Below are positions 14,309-27,293 of a DNA stretch of 64,000 nucleotides, one piece after another. The position numbers and the translations under genes were made by a program. Source of the DNA: an uncultured beta proteobacterium. GTDB lineage: Bacteria > Pseudomonadota > Gammaproteobacteria > Burkholderiales > Burkholderiaceae_F. The notes beneath the pieces are model-generated. The model was not told the DNA's origin, did not search any database, and saw only the letters and a program-made list of their open reading frames with translations. The stretch lies in the NCBI GenBank assembly GCA_963781975.1, contig CAWAHT010000001.1, forward strand, positions 10,327 to 74,326, in the 5' to 3' direction. Positions within the stretch are counted from its first letter, which is position 1. Each line of letters opens with the position of its first letter.

Positions 14309-15589
14309 TCACAGGCGCAGCAGCTGGGGCAGCCAGAGCGACAGCGCCGGCCAGTAGGTCACGAGCACGAGAAAGCCGATCATCGTCAGCAGCCAGGGCA
14401 GCACGGCGACGGTGAGTTCGGTGATCCCCATTCCGGTGATGCCGGAGGCCACGTACAGGTTCAGCCCGACCGGCGGGTGGCACAACCCCACCTCCATGTT
14501 GACCATCATCAGCACGCCGAAATGCACCGGATCGATGCCCAGGCGCGTGGCGACGGGAAGCAGGATCGGCGCCATGACCAGAACGATGGAACTGGGCTCC
14601 ATCACGTTGCCGGCGACCAGCAGCAGCACGTTGACGATGACCAGGAAGAGGATCGGCCCGACGCCCAGCGCGGTCAGCCAGTCGGCCATGCCCTGCGGGA
14701 TGTTCTCGCTGGTCATCAGGAAGCTGAACAGCACGGCGTTGGTGATGATGTAGAGCAGCATCGCGCTCATCGCCGCGGCGTCGAGCAGGGCGCGCGGCAC
14801 CTGCGCCAGCCGCATGTCGCGATACACGAAGACGACGACGATGAACGAATAGACCGCGGCGCAGGCCGCGGCCTCGGTCGGCGTGAACACGCCGGAGTAG
14901 ATGCCGCCGATCACGATGACGATGAGCGCGAGGCCCCACGAGGCATCGCGCAACGCCTGCCAGCGCTCGCGCCACGACGCGCGCGGCAGGCGCGGCAGCT
15001 GGCGGCGGCGGGCGATCCACCACGTCGTCAGCCCCAGCGCCAGCGCCAGCACGAGGCCGGGCATGATGCCGGCGGCGAACAGCTTGCCGACCGAGGTGTT
15101 GGTCGACACGGCGAACAGCACCATGACGACCGATGGCGGCACCAGGATGCCGAGCGCGCCGCTGGTGGTTATCACCCCGGCGGCAAAGCGCTTCGGAAAG
15201 CCGCGCCGGACCATCTCCGGCATGATGATCGAGCCGATCGCCGCCACGGTGGCCACCGACGAGCCGGAGATCGCGGCGAAGAGCGCACAGGCGATGATCC
15301 CCGCCAGGGCCAGGCCGCCGTGCAGGTGGCCGACCATCGTGGTCGCGAAATGGATCATGCGCCGCGCCACGCCGCCCTGCGTGAGCAGCGTCCCGGCGAA
15401 GATGAAGAACGGGATCGCCATGATGCCGAAGTTCTCGATGCCGGTGAAGAGCTTCAGTGCCACCGCCTCGATCGGCACCTGCGTCATCGTGAACAGGTAG
15501 GTAAGGACGGTCAGGCCCAGCGAGATCGACACCGGCATGCCGGTCAGCATCAGGGCGATCAGCAGGGCGAAGATGATCAGCGCGTTCAC
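14309..15589 (-). CDS. dctM: TRAP transporter large permease
   Basis: AIPFFI, AAISGSSVATVAAIG, GILVPPS, GIDPVHFG, HPPVGLNLYV. Confidence 0.95.
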   Translation of the reverse strand: MNALIIFALLIALMLTGMPVSISLGLTVLTYLFTMTQVPIEAVALKLFTGIENFGIMAIPFFIFAGTLLTQGGVARRMIHFATTMVGHLHGGLALAGIIACALFAAISGSSVATVAAIGSIIMPEMVRRGFPKRFAAGVITTSGALGILVPPSVVMVLFAVSTNTSVGKLFAAGIMPGLVLALALGLTTWWIARRRQLPRLPRASWRERWQALRDASWGLALIVIVIGGIYSGVFTPTEAAACAAVYSFIVVVFVYRDMRLAQVPRALLDAAAMSAMLLYIITNAVLFSFLMTSENIPQGMADWLTALGVGPILFLVIVNVLLLVAGNVMEPSSIVLVMAPILLPVATRLGIDPVHFGVLMMVNMEVGLCHPPVGLNLYVASGITGMGITELTVAVLPWLLTMIGFLVLVTYWPALSLWLPQLLRL

Positions 15590-16149
15590 GCGTGCTCCCC
15601 GCCGGCCGGTTCATGCGGGTCCGCGGCGGCGCCGTGCACGCGATGCGGCACGGTGCCGGTGCGCAGGAAGCCGGCCACGACCTGCAGGAAACGGAAGCAC
15701 ATGAGGTAGGAACCGAGCGGCACGCACAGGTACACGATCCACATCGGCAGTTCCATGTCCTCGGAGGTCTGGTCGGTGTGCGCCATCTCCCAGACGAAGA
15801 TCGCGCCCAGCGTGCCGACCACGCCGGTGAACAGCACGCCGCCCAGCAGGCCGATGAGCACGACCACCTTGCGCGGGCGCGGTCCCAGGCGGTTGACGAG
15901 CACGTCGACGCCCACGTGCACGCCGGCGCGCACGCCGTAGGCGGCGCCGAACTTGGCCATCCAGACGAACAGGAAGATGCAGAGTTCCTGCGCCCAGGTC
16001 ATGTTCAGCCGGATGGCGAAGTCCTGGACGTACGGCACCGACGACAGGAAACGCAGCACGACCGAGACGAAGATCACCACCGTCGCGACCGCCATCAGGC
16101 TCCCGATGAGGATTTCCTCCAGGCGGTCGAGGATCCGGCTCGGGTTCAT
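15586..16149 (-). CDS. dctQ: TRAP transporter small permease
   Basis: WAQELCIFLFVWMAKFGAAYGVR..HVGVD, four TM segments, lies between dctP and dctM. Confidence 0.92.
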   Translation of the reverse strand: MNPSRILDRLEEILIGSLMAVATVVIFVSVVLRFLSSVPYVQDFAIRLNMTWAQELCIFLFVWMAKFGAAYGVRAGVHVGVDVLVNRLGPRPRKVVVLIGLLGGVLFTGVVGTLGAIFVWEMAHTDQTSEDMELPMWIVYLCVPLGSYLMCFRFLQVVAGFLRTGTVPHRVHGAAADPHEPAGGEHA

Positions 16150-16168
16150 CCGTGCTGCCCCGGGGGAC

Positions 16169-17194
16169 TCAGCGCAGTCCGGCGGCGGCCTGCTCCTTGA
16201 CGACCTCGTCGATGAGATCGGCGCCGACGCGGCCGGCGACCTCGCCGCGCACCGGCGCCAGCGCCCTGACCCAGGCCGCACGCTGCTCCGGCGTCAGGTG
16301 GATGACCCGGGTGCGGCCGGACTTCTCGATGGCGGCCATGGCCTCGTCGTTGTCGGTGCGGGCGATCGCATGGTCGTAGTCCGTCGCATCCTTCATGGCG
16401 CCCTCGAGCGTGGTGCGGATGTCGGGCGGCAGCCCGTTCCAGAAGCGGGAATTGACGATGACCGCATACCCCAGGTAGCCGTGGTACGTATCGACCGCGT
16501 ACTTCTGCACCTCGTGCATTTTCTGCGTGTACATGTTGGACCAGGGGTTCTCGGTGCCGTCGACCACGCCGGTCTGCAGGCCCTGGTAGACGTCGCCGAA
16601 GGCCATCACCTGCGGAATGGCATCGAGCGCGCGCATCTCGGCCTCCAGGACCTTCGAGCTCTGGATGCGCATCTTCAGGCCCTTGAGGTCGCCGGGCGCG
16701 GCGATCGGCCGGTTGGCGCTGAAGACCTTGAAGCCGTTGTCCCAGAAGGCGAGTCCGGTGATGCCCTTGGCCTCCAGCGCGGTCATCAGCCTGCGGCCGA
16801 TCGGGCCGGCCTCGACGTGCTCGAGGAATTCGGCGGTCGGGAACATGTAGGGAATGTCGAAGATCTCGAACTGCTTCACCCCCAGCGGGCCGAACTTGGC
16901 CAGCGACGGCGCCAGCATCTGCACCGACCCGAGCTGCAGCGCCTCGAGCTCCTCCTTGTCCTTGTACAGCGTGCTGTTGGGATAGACCTCGACCTTCACC
17001 CGGCCCTTGGTGCGTTCCTCGGCCAATTGCTTGAAGCGCTCGGCGGCGCGCCCCTTCGGGGTGTTGGCCGCGACCACGTGGCTGAACTTGATGACGATCG
17101 GCTGTTGCGCGGGCGCCGGCGCCGCGAGCAGGCCCAGGCAGCTGGCGAACATTGCGGCAGCCAGCGGCACGCGCCGGCAAAGGGGCAGGTTCAT
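16169..17194 (-). CDS. dctP: TRAP C4-dicarboxylate-binding protein
   Basis: Signal peptide, IKFSHVV..TPKG, VYPNSTLYKDKEELEALQLG, WDNGFK, GLKMRIQSS; AAGGAG RBS. Confidence 0.95.
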   Translation of the reverse strand: MNLPLCRRVPLAAAMFASCLGLLAAPAPAQQPIVIKFSHVVAANTPKGRAAERFKQLAEERTKGRVKVEVYPNSTLYKDKEELEALQLGSVQMLAPSLAKFGPLGVKQFEIFDIPYMFPTAEFLEHVEAGPIGRRLMTALEAKGITGLAFWDNGFKVFSANRPIAAPGDLKGLKMRIQSSKVLEAEMRALDAIPQVMAFGDVYQGLQTGVVDGTENPWSNMYTQKMHEVQKYAVDTYHGYLGYAVIVNSRFWNGLPPDIRTTLEGAMKDATDYDHAIARTDNDEAMAAIEKSGRTRVIHLTPEQRAAWVRALAPVRGEVAGRVGADLIDEVVKEQAAAGLR

Positions 17195-17420
17195 CGCGAT
17201 CTCCTTGTCGATACCGTCGGGCGTGCGACCCGCGCGCTCGGCGCCGGGTGTCCCCGCCCTGCGTCCGTGCGGCGAGCGGCTAGTATCGCAATTCGGCGCT
17301 GCGCTGGATACAGCGCACCGCAAAATCCCGCGCGAAATATCGGGTCGATGCGACGGGCAGCGCCCGCCGGCCGGCCAAGGGCGTGCCCGGCCCGGGCCGA
17401 TCGAGGCAACACGATGTTGG

Positions 17421-17496
17421 TGGTAGGGGCAGTAGGAGTCGAACCTACGACCTACGGATTAAGAGTCCGCTGCTCTACCAACTGAGCTATACCCCC
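17421..17496 (-). tRNA. tRNA-Lys (anticodon CTT)
   Basis: GGGGGTATAGCTCAGTTGGTAGAGCAGCGGACTCTTAATCCGTAGGTCGTAGGTTCGACTCCTACTGCCCCTACCA; 76-nt cloverleaf with encoded CCA. Confidence 0.97.
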
Positions 17497-17729
17497 GCGA
17501 TGTGCGCCGCGCCCGTTCTCGTTCATTTCTGCCCGGCGGGCCGCTTGCGCCGCCCCGCGCCCAGGGCCGCGACGCGGCGCTGAACGTGGAACGGCGTGCA
17601 TTTTAGCGCAGGTTTTGCCCGATCCGGGGCCGCGCGCCCGGACCCGGGCAAAAAACGCCGCGCCGGGGGCCGGGCCCGGGCCGTACGGCGCGCGCCGCCG
17701 GCGCGCGAATCGGTGGCAGCATAGGGGCC

Positions 17730-19262
17730 GTGGATGCCGCACCCGCCCTCCCTGCCAGCGCCGGACCCTCGGCCATCGTCGACCTCGCGGTCGTCGGCGG
17801 CGGCATCAACGGCACGGGCATCGCGCGCGACGCCGCCGGCCGCGGCCTGCGGGTCGTCCTGTGCGAGAAGGACGACCTGGCGCAAGGCACGTCCTCGCGC
17901 AGCAGCGGCCTGATCCACGGCGGTCTGCGCTACCTCGAATACGGCGAATGGCGCCTGGTGCGCGCAGCCCTGCACGAGCGCGCGGTGCTGTTGCGCATCG
18001 CGCCGCATCTGGTGCGCCCGCAGCGTTTCGTGCTGCCGCATGTCGACGGCATGCGGCCGGCGTGGCTGCTGCGCCTGGGCCTGCTGCTCTACGACCACCT
18101 GGGCGGACGGCGCAGCCTGCCGCGTTCGCGCGCGCTGCGGCTCGACGCGCTGGCCGAGGGCGCCGTGCTGCGCGCCGGGTACCGGCGCGCGTTCGTCTAC
18201 TACGACTGCCGCACCGACGACGCCCGTCTCGTCGTGCACAACGCCATGGGAGCGCACGACCGCGGCGCCGACATCCGTACTCGCACGGAACTGGTCGCGG
18301 CGCGCGCACTGGCGGACTGCTGGGAACTGGAGTTGCGCGATGGCCGCAATGGCGCGCGCAGCACGCTGCGCGCCCGGGCCCTGGTCAATGCCGCCGGGCC
18401 CTGGGTACGGCCGCTGGCCGAGCGCCTGGCGCCGGCGCCGGCGGGCCGCGCCGTGCGCCTGATCAAGGGCAGCCACATCGTCGTGCCCCGCTTCTGGAGC
18501 GGCGATCAGGCCTACCTGCTGCAGCACACCGACCGGCGCGTGATCTTCGTGACGCCGTACGACGAGCGCTATGCGCTCATCGGCACGACCGACCTGCCCT
18601 ACGCCGACGCGCCGGAAGCGGCGGCCATCACGCCGCCCGAAACGCAGTACCTGTGCGCGGCGGTCAACCGGCAGTTGCGCTGTTCACTCGGTCCGGCCGA
18701 CGTGGTGCACGCCTACGCCGGCGTTCGCTGCCTGCTGGACGATGCGCAGCAGGACCCCGCGGCCGTGACGCGCGACTATGCCCTGGACCTGGCGGCGGCG
18801 CCGGGACAGCCGCCCCTGCTGACGGTCCTGGGCGGCAAGATCACCACGTTCCGGCGCCTGGCCGAGCAGGCCGTGAACGCGCTGCAGCGCCATCTGGCCG
18901 CCGGCGGACCGGCATGGACGGCGCACAGCGCGCTGCCGGGGGGCGACTTTGCCGGTGGCGATCCGGCGGCCGCGCTGGCCGAACTGGCGGTGCATGCGCC
19001 CTTCGTTCCCGCCGCGCACGTGCGCGGCCTGTTCGATCGCCACGGCATGGCCGCGGCGCGCCTGCTCGCGCATGGGCCCGACGGCCTGGGGCGCCATTTC
19101 GGCGCCGGCCTGTACGAGTGCGAGGTGCGCCACATGATCGACAACGAGTGGGCGCAGACCGCCGAGGACGTGCTGTGGCGCCGCTCCAAGTTCGGGCTTT
19201 ACCTGACGGGCGCCGAACAGCAGGCGCTGGCGGGCTGGATGCAGGACGCCGGCGGTGGATGA
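17730..19262 (+). CDS. glpD: FAD-dependent glycerol-3-phosphate dehydrogenase
   Basis: VVGGGINGTGIARDAAGRG, GTSSRSSGLIHGGLRYLE, KGSHIVVP, GGKITTFR, EDVLWRRSK. Confidence 0.92.
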   Translation: MDAAPALPASAGPSAIVDLAVVGGGINGTGIARDAAGRGLRVVLCEKDDLAQGTSSRSSGLIHGGLRYLEYGEWRLVRAALHERAVLLRIAPHLVRPQRFVLPHVDGMRPAWLLRLGLLLYDHLGGRRSLPRSRALRLDALAEGAVLRAGYRRAFVYYDCRTDDARLVVHNAMGAHDRGADIRTRTELVAARALADCWELELRDGRNGARSTLRARALVNAAGPWVRPLAERLAPAPAGRAVRLIKGSHIVVPRFWSGDQAYLLQHTDRRVIFVTPYDERYALIGTTDLPYADAPEAAAITPPETQYLCAAVNRQLRCSLGPADVVHAYAGVRCLLDDAQQDPAAVTRDYALDLAAAPGQPPLLTVLGGKITTFRRLAEQAVNALQRHLAAGGPAWTAHSALPGGDFAGGDPAAALAELAVHAPFVPAAHVRGLFDRHGMAAARLLAHGPDGLGRHFGAGLYECEVRHMIDNEWAQTAEDVLWRRSKFGLYLTGAEQQALAGWMQDAGGG

Positions 19263-19286
19263 CCGACGGCGCCGGCGCAGACTCCT

Positions 19287-20147
19287 CTAGCCCCAGTCGC
19301 CGCCGCCCCCGCCGCCGCTGTCGCCGATGTCGGTGGAGCCGCTGTCCCAGGAACCGGAGTCGGCAATGCCGAAATCGCGCCCGCCGCCGTCGTCGGCAAT
19401 CGCGCCGCCATTGTCGGCCAGGGTGCCATCGCCGCCGAATCGGTCGCGGTCGTGGTTGCCGATGAACTCGTGCGCCAGCGCCTCGCCCGCCACCATGCCG
19501 GCGCCCAGCGCCGCACCGGTGGCGAGACCGCCGACGATGCCCGAGCCGAGGCCGCCGCCCATCGGCGCGCCACCATAGGGCGCGCCACCGTAGGGTCCGG
19601 CACCGTAGGGCGCGGCGCCGTACGGCGCGCCGGCCGGGCCCATGCCCAGGCGCGTCACGCCGGGGCCGAGCAGCGCCTGGCGCCGTGCCCGCAGGAACAG
19701 ATAGAACGCCAGGCCGAGGCCCGCGATGATCAGCACCGGTCCCCAGGGAAAACCGGCGCCCGCCGCCGGCGCGTCGGCAACGTGCTCGAGGGTGCCGGTG
19801 CTGCGGCTGCTGCGCGCCCGGCTGCGCTCGGCGATGAGGCCGCGCAGGCTGCGCTGGGCCTCGGCGGACGCGAAGGGCAGTCCGGGCGCCAGCCGATCGG
19901 CGTGATCGAGCTCGATCTGCGCTTCGTCGGCACGGTCCATGCGCACGAGGACCTCGGCCTCCATGTAATGGGCCTTGGCGCTGTCGGGATGGTCCTTCAG
20001 GACCTTGGTCATCATCGTCTGCGCATCGGACAGGTGCCCGGCGTGGATGGCCTGATAGACCTCGTGCAGGCTCGGATCGTCGGCCCGGGCCGACGGCGCG
20101 AGACCCAGGATCGCCAGGGCGACAACAACAGGGGCAAGCAGTTTCAT
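19287..20147 (-). CDS. Exported TPR protein with TM segment and Gly/Asp-rich tail
   Basis: Signal peptide, TPR-like HPDSAKAHYMEAEVL, TM (FPWGPVLIIAGLGLAFYLFL), PYG repeats, glycine-zipper-like segment, D/G/W tail. Confidence 0.8.
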   Translation of the reverse strand: MKLLAPVVVALAILGLAPSARADDPSLHEVYQAIHAGHLSDAQTMMTKVLKDHPDSAKAHYMEAEVLVRMDRADEAQIELDHADRLAPGLPFASAEAQRSLRGLIAERSRARSSRSTGTLEHVADAPAAGAGFPWGPVLIIAGLGLAFYLFLRARRQALLGPGVTRLGMGPAGAPYGAAPYGAGPYGGAPYGGAPMGGGLGSGIVGGLATGAALGAGMVAGEALAHEFIGNHDRDRFGGDGTLADNGGAIADDGGGRDFGIADSGSWDSGSTDIGDSGGGGGGDWG

Positions 20148-20279
20148 GGCAGCAGATTTCCTTCCAATGGACCGGACCGCCGCCAGGGCAGCCCGGACGG
20201 GCGAAAAAACGTCGACGCACGTTAGAGCGCGGCCCCGCAGCTTAGTTCAGGCGCGCGCGGCCGTGGCGCCGGCCGGTCC

Positions 20280-21863
20280 CTAAATGGGGATCAAACCGGA
20301 TTCCACAAGGGCGGCAATCCTTCGATCGTCTTCAGGATGGCGCCCAGCGCGCCGTCGCGCACCAGCGCGGTCGCGCGCTCGATGTCGGGCGCGAGGTAGC
20401 GGTCCTGGGGCATGGGCGGGCACGACCGCGCGCAGCAGCGCATGTGCGCCCTCGAGCGGCGCCGAACTGCGCAGCGGCCGCAGGAATTCGAGCCCTGCGC
20501 CGCCGCCAGCAGTTCGATGCCCACGATATGCGCGGTGTTGTCGATCATCGCGCTGCAGGCGCCGCGCGGCGAAGGTGGCCATCGACACGTGGTCCTCCTG
20601 GTTGGCCGAGGTCGGCAGGCTGTCGACGCTGGCCGGATGCGCCAGCGACTTGTTCTCGCTGGCCAGCGCCGCCGCCGTGACCTGCGCGATCATGAAGCCG
20701 GAGTTGAGGCCGCGGCTCGGCGACCAGGAACGGCGGCAGGCCGCGACACGCTCGGCGTCGATCAGCATCGCGATGCGCCGCTCGGCGATGGCGCCGATCT
20801 CGGCGATCGCCAGCGCCAGCGCGTCGGCCGCCAGCGCCACCGGCTCGGCGTGGAAATTGCCGCCCGAGACGCAGCTCGCCGTCGTCGCAGCGAACACCAG
20901 CGGATTGTCGGTGACGGCGTTGGCCTCGCGCACGCAGCATCAGCGCCGCATGGCGCAGCTGGTCGAGGCAGGCGCCCATCACCTGCGGCTGGCAGCGCAG
21001 GGAATACGGATCCTGCACGCGGTCGTCGCCGGTCGAGGTGCGACTGCGCGGATCGCGCTGCCGGCGAGCAGCGCGCGGTAGCACGCGCGCGACGTCGATC
21101 TGGCCCGGCTGGCCGCGCAGCGCGTGGATGCGCGGATCGAACGGCCCGTCGCTGCCCTTGCGCGCGTCGACCGACAGCGCGCCGCGACCAGCGCCGCTTC
21201 GAGCACCGGCTCGAAGCGCGAACAGCGCGTGCAGCGCCAGCGCGGTCGAGACCTGCGTGCCGTTGATGCAGCGCCAGGCCTTCCTTGGCCGCAGCCGCAG
21301 CGGCGCCAGGCCGGCTCGCGCCAGCGCGCCGGCGGCCGGCACGCGCGCGCCGTCGACGCAGCATCTCGCCCTCGCCGATCAGCGCCGAGCGTCATGTGCG
21401 CCAGCGGCGCCAGGTCGCCGGAGGCGCCGACCGAGCCCTGCGCCGGGACGTACGGCACGACGCCCGCGTTGTACGCGCGCGAGCAGCGCGTCGACCACCG
21501 CCTCGCGCACGCCCGAGTAGCCGCGCGCCAGGCTGGCGGCCTTCAGCACCAGCATCAGGCGCACCACGGCGCGCGCGCAGCGGCTCGCCGACGCCGGCGC
21601 TGTGCGAGCGGATCAGGTTGCGCTGCAGCGGCTCGAGCTCGCCGTCGGCGATGCGCTTGTCGGCCAGCTTGCCGAAGCCGGTGTTGACGCCGTAGACCGG
21701 CGCGCTCGCCGGTGGCCACGCGCTGCACCAGCGCCGCGCTGGCGCGTATCGCGTTCGCGCAGGCCGCGCGGCCAGGTGCAGCGCGCACGCCGCCGGCGTG
21801 CAGCATCGCGCGATCTGGTCGAGCGTCAGCCGCCCGGGCAGCAGCGTCCAGGTCCGACGCCGA

Positions 21864-21867
<4 letters not shown>
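20280..21867 (-). CDS. hutH: Histidine ammonia-lyase; multiple frameshifts
   Basis: [22 protein letters not shown] (MIO-forming ASG), [37 protein letters not shown]. Confidence 0.92.
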
Positions 21868-23585
<1,718 letters not shown>

Positions 23586-23765
23586 AGCCGCTTCTCCTGC
23601 GCCGCCGGCGGCGCCCCGTCCTCTGCCCTTCGGCCGATGGCGCGCCGGCGCCGGAACGGGCACACTCTACTACGAGCCGCGGCCGTGCCGGTCGCCCCCG
23701 CAACCGTCTGCCCGCAGCGCGCCGGCCCGTCACCGGGACCGTGCGGCGCGCGCTACTGCCATCCG

Positions 23766-24993
23766 ATGACCACGCTCTGGCGCAACGCCCGCCTGGCGAC
23801 GATGACGCCGATGCGCCCGGCGCATCGTCGAGCGCGGCGCCCTGGTCGTGCAGGACGACCGCCTGCAATGGGTCGGCGCCGATGGGCGCGCTACCGCCCG
23901 CGCTGCGCCGCGCCGTCGCGGCGAGTCGACCTGGGCGGCGCGCTGGTCACGCCCGGCCTCATCGACTGCCATACGCATCTCGTCTACGGCGGCCAGCGCG
24001 CGCGGCGAGTTCGAGATGCGCCTGCGAGGGCGCCAGCTACGAGGACATCGCCCGCGCCGGCGGCGGCATCCGCGCGACCGTCGCGGCGACGCGCGCAGCC
24101 AGCGAGGACGACGCTGTTGCGCGCGCGGCGGCCGGCCGCCTCCGCGCCTGATGGCCGATGGCGTGACCACGCGTCGAGATCAAGTCGGGCTACGGCCTGA
24201 CGCTGCCGAGCACGAGGCACGGATGCTGCGCGTCGCGCGCCGGCTGGGCCGCGAGCACGCCGGTCGCGCGTGCGCGACCACGTACCTGGGCGCGCACGCG
24301 CTGCCGCCGGAATTCGCCGGCCGTGCCGACGACTACATCGAGGCGGTGTGCGCGTGGCTGCCCGAGCTCCACGCGCCAGGGCCTGGTCGATGCGGTCGAC
24401 GCGTTCTGCGAGCGCATCGGCTTCTACGCCGGCGCAGACGCAGCGCGTGTTCGCGCGCGGCGCGCGCGCTCGGCCTGCCGGTCAAGCTGCACGCCGAGCA
24501 GCTGAGCAACCAGCACGGCGCCGCGCTGGCCGCGCGCCATCGGCGCGCTGTCGTGCGACCACCTCGAGCACCTCGACGGCGACGGCGTGCACGCGATGGC
24601 GGCGGCCGGCACGGTCGCCGTGCTGCTGCCGGGCGCCTATCTACTTCCTGCGCGAGACCGCGGCTGCCGCCGGTCGCGGCGCTGCGCGCGGCCGGCGTGC
24701 CGATCGCCATCGCGACCGACCACAACCCGGGCACCTCGCCGATGCTCTCGCCGCTGCTGATGCTCAACATGGCCTGCGTGCTGTTCCGGCCTGACGCCCT
24801 GGGAGGCCCTGCGCGGCGTCACCGTCCAGGCCGCGCGCGCCCTGGGCCTGGGCGCGACCGCGGCGCGCTGGCGGCCGGCATGCGCGCCGACTTCGCCGTC
24901 TGGGACGCCGCTCATCCGCGCGATCTGGCCTATGCGATCGGGCACCAACCCCTGCCGCGCGCGTGGTGCAGCGCGGCGCGCACCGCACGCTGA
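23766..24993 (+). CDS. hutI: Imidazolonepropionase; multiple frameshifts
   Basis: [60 protein letters not shown]. Confidence 0.9.
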
Positions 24994-25014
24994 TGGCCGC
25001 GAACGCAACGTGCC

Positions 25015-25829
25015 ATGGAATCCGACGTCTTCACCCTCTCCCGCGGAACGACGCCGCTGCTGATCAGCCTGCCGCACGTCGGCACGCCAGATCCCGGCCG
25101 AACTGCGCGACGCTTACGTGGAGCGTGCGCTGGCGCTGGAGGACACCGACTGGCACCTGGAGGCGCTGTACGACTTCGCCGCCGAACTGGGCGCGAGCCT
25201 GGTCTGCCCCGCGGTGAGCCGCTACGTGATCGACCTGAACCGCCCGCCGCGAGGACACGCCGCTGTATCCCGGCGCAAACAACACCGGGCTGTGCCCCAC
25301 GCGGTTCTTCAGCGGCGACCCGCTGTACCGCGACGGGCCGGGCGCCGACGACCGGCGGAGATCGCAGCGGCGCCACGCAGCTCTACTGGGCGCCCTACCA
25401 CGACTGCGCTGCAGGCCGAACTCGAGCGCCTGCGCGGCGTGCACGGCCACGCCTTGCTGCTCGACGGCCACAGCATCCGCTCGCGAGCTGCCGTGGCTGT
25501 TCGAAGGCACGCTGCCCGACCTGAACCTGGGCACGGTCGGCGGGCACAGCTGCGCGCCGGCGCTGCGCGACGCGCTGGGCGCGGTGCTGGCCAACGCCGC
25601 CGCGCTACACGCACGTCGTCGACGGCCGCTTCCGCGGCGGCTACATCACGCGCACCTACGGGCGCCCGCGACGCCGGCGTCCACGCGGTGCAGCTGGAGA
25701 TGTGCTGGCGCTGCTACATGGAGCGAGACGCCGCCCTACGCGGTCGACGAATGCCGCGCGATCTACCTGCGGCCGGTGCTGCGCGAGCTGGCGGCGACGC
25801 TGCTGTGGTGGGGAGCGCAGCATGCCTGA
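25015..25829 (+). CDS. hutG: N-formylglutamate deformylase; frameshifted
   Basis: TTPLLISLPHVG, DTDWH, SRYVIDLNRPP, DGHSI, HAVQLEM. Confidence 0.88.
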
Positions 25830-27293
25830 GGCCGCGCCCGGCGCGGCCGCTCGCGTCGTGCTGCTGTGGGCGCCGCAGGCCTGGATCGACGGGCGCTGGC
25901 GCGAGGCGGTGCTGCTGCAGTCGGGCGCGGACGGCAACTGGCTGCGGGTCGAGGCCGGCGTGCGCGCCGCCGCCGCAGGCCCGGGTGCTGCCGGGCGCGG
26001 TGCTGCCGGGCGCTGGTCAACGCGCACAGCCACGCCTTCCAGCGCGCGTTCGCCGGCCTGGCCGAGCGCCGCGCGGCCGGCCACGACGACTTCTGGTCGT
26101 GGCGCGAGCAGATGTACCGCGTCGCCCTGCGCATCGAGCCCGCGCAGCTGCAGGCCATCGCCGCGCAGCTGTACGTCGAACTGCTGCGCGGCGGCTACAC
26201 GCATACCTGCGAGTTCCATTACCTGCATCACGACGGCGACGGCCGGCCGTACCCGCCGGGTGCGCCCGCGACTCGCGCTGGCGCTGGTCGAGGCGGCACG
26301 CACGACCGGCATCGGCCTGACGCTGCTGCCGGCCGTGTACGAACGCGCCGGCTTCGGCCAGCCCGGCCTGCGCGCGACCAGCGGCGCTTTGGCGCCGACG
26401 CCGACGCGGTGCTGGCGCTGCGCGCGCAATTGCGCACCGCGGTCGCCGGCGGCGCGGCCGCGGCGCCCCCGGTACTGCGTCGGCCTGGCGCTGCATTCGC
26501 TGCGCGCCGCCACGCCCGCCGCCATCGCACGCCTGCTGGCCGGCGCCGACGACGCGCCGATCCACATCCACGTTGCCGAGCAGGTCGCGGAGGTCGACGA
26601 CTGCCTGGCCGCGACCGGACGCCGGCCGATCGAATGGCTGTGCGCGGCAGCGACGCTGGACCGCCGCTGGCAGCTCGTGCACGCGACGCACGCGACGCGC
26701 GGCGAGATCGACGCGATCGCGCGCAGCGGCGCCGGCGTGGTGCTGTGCCCCAGCACCGAGGCCAACCTGGGCGACGGCGTCGTCGACCTGCCGGCGCTGG
26801 CTGGCGCACGGCGTGCCGCTGGCGCTGGGCTCCGACAGCAACGTCACCCGCTCGGCGCTGGAGGAACTGCGCCTGCTGGAGTACGCACAGCGCCTGGTGC
26901 GGCGCGTCGCGCTGCGTGGCGGCGGCACCCCAGGACGGCGAACCGGCGACCGCGGCGCGGCTGTGGTCGCGGGTCGAGCGCGGCGGCGCCGCCGCCGCCG
27001 GCTACGCACGCTGGGGCCTCGAAGTCGGTGCGCGTGCCGACCTGCTGGTGATCGATGCGGACGCGCCGCCGTTGCTGGGCGTCCCTGCCAGCCATACGCT
27101 CGACGCGCTCGTCTTCAGCAGCCCGGGGCGGCCCTTCCGCGACGTGCTGGTTGCCGGACGCTGGGTCAGCGTCGACCACCGGGCGCCGCAGGATCGCGCC
27201 GTGGCCCAGGGCTGTGCCCAGGCCCTGCAGCAGTTGTGGCTTGCCGCCGGCGCTGCGGCGGCGCCGTTCACAGCAGGGTGCGGGCCATGCTGA
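25822..27293 (+). CDS. hutF: Formimidoylglutamate deiminase; frameshifted
   Basis: NAHSHAFQRAFAGLAE, FWSWREQMY, CEFHYLHH, HIHVAEQ..E, CPSTEANLGDG, GSDS..EELRLLEY. Confidence 0.9.

Noticed and set aside
17421-17496. tRNA-Lys as an integration site
   Set aside because: No integrase and no duplicated tRNA 3' end seen; flanks are ordinary metabolic genes.
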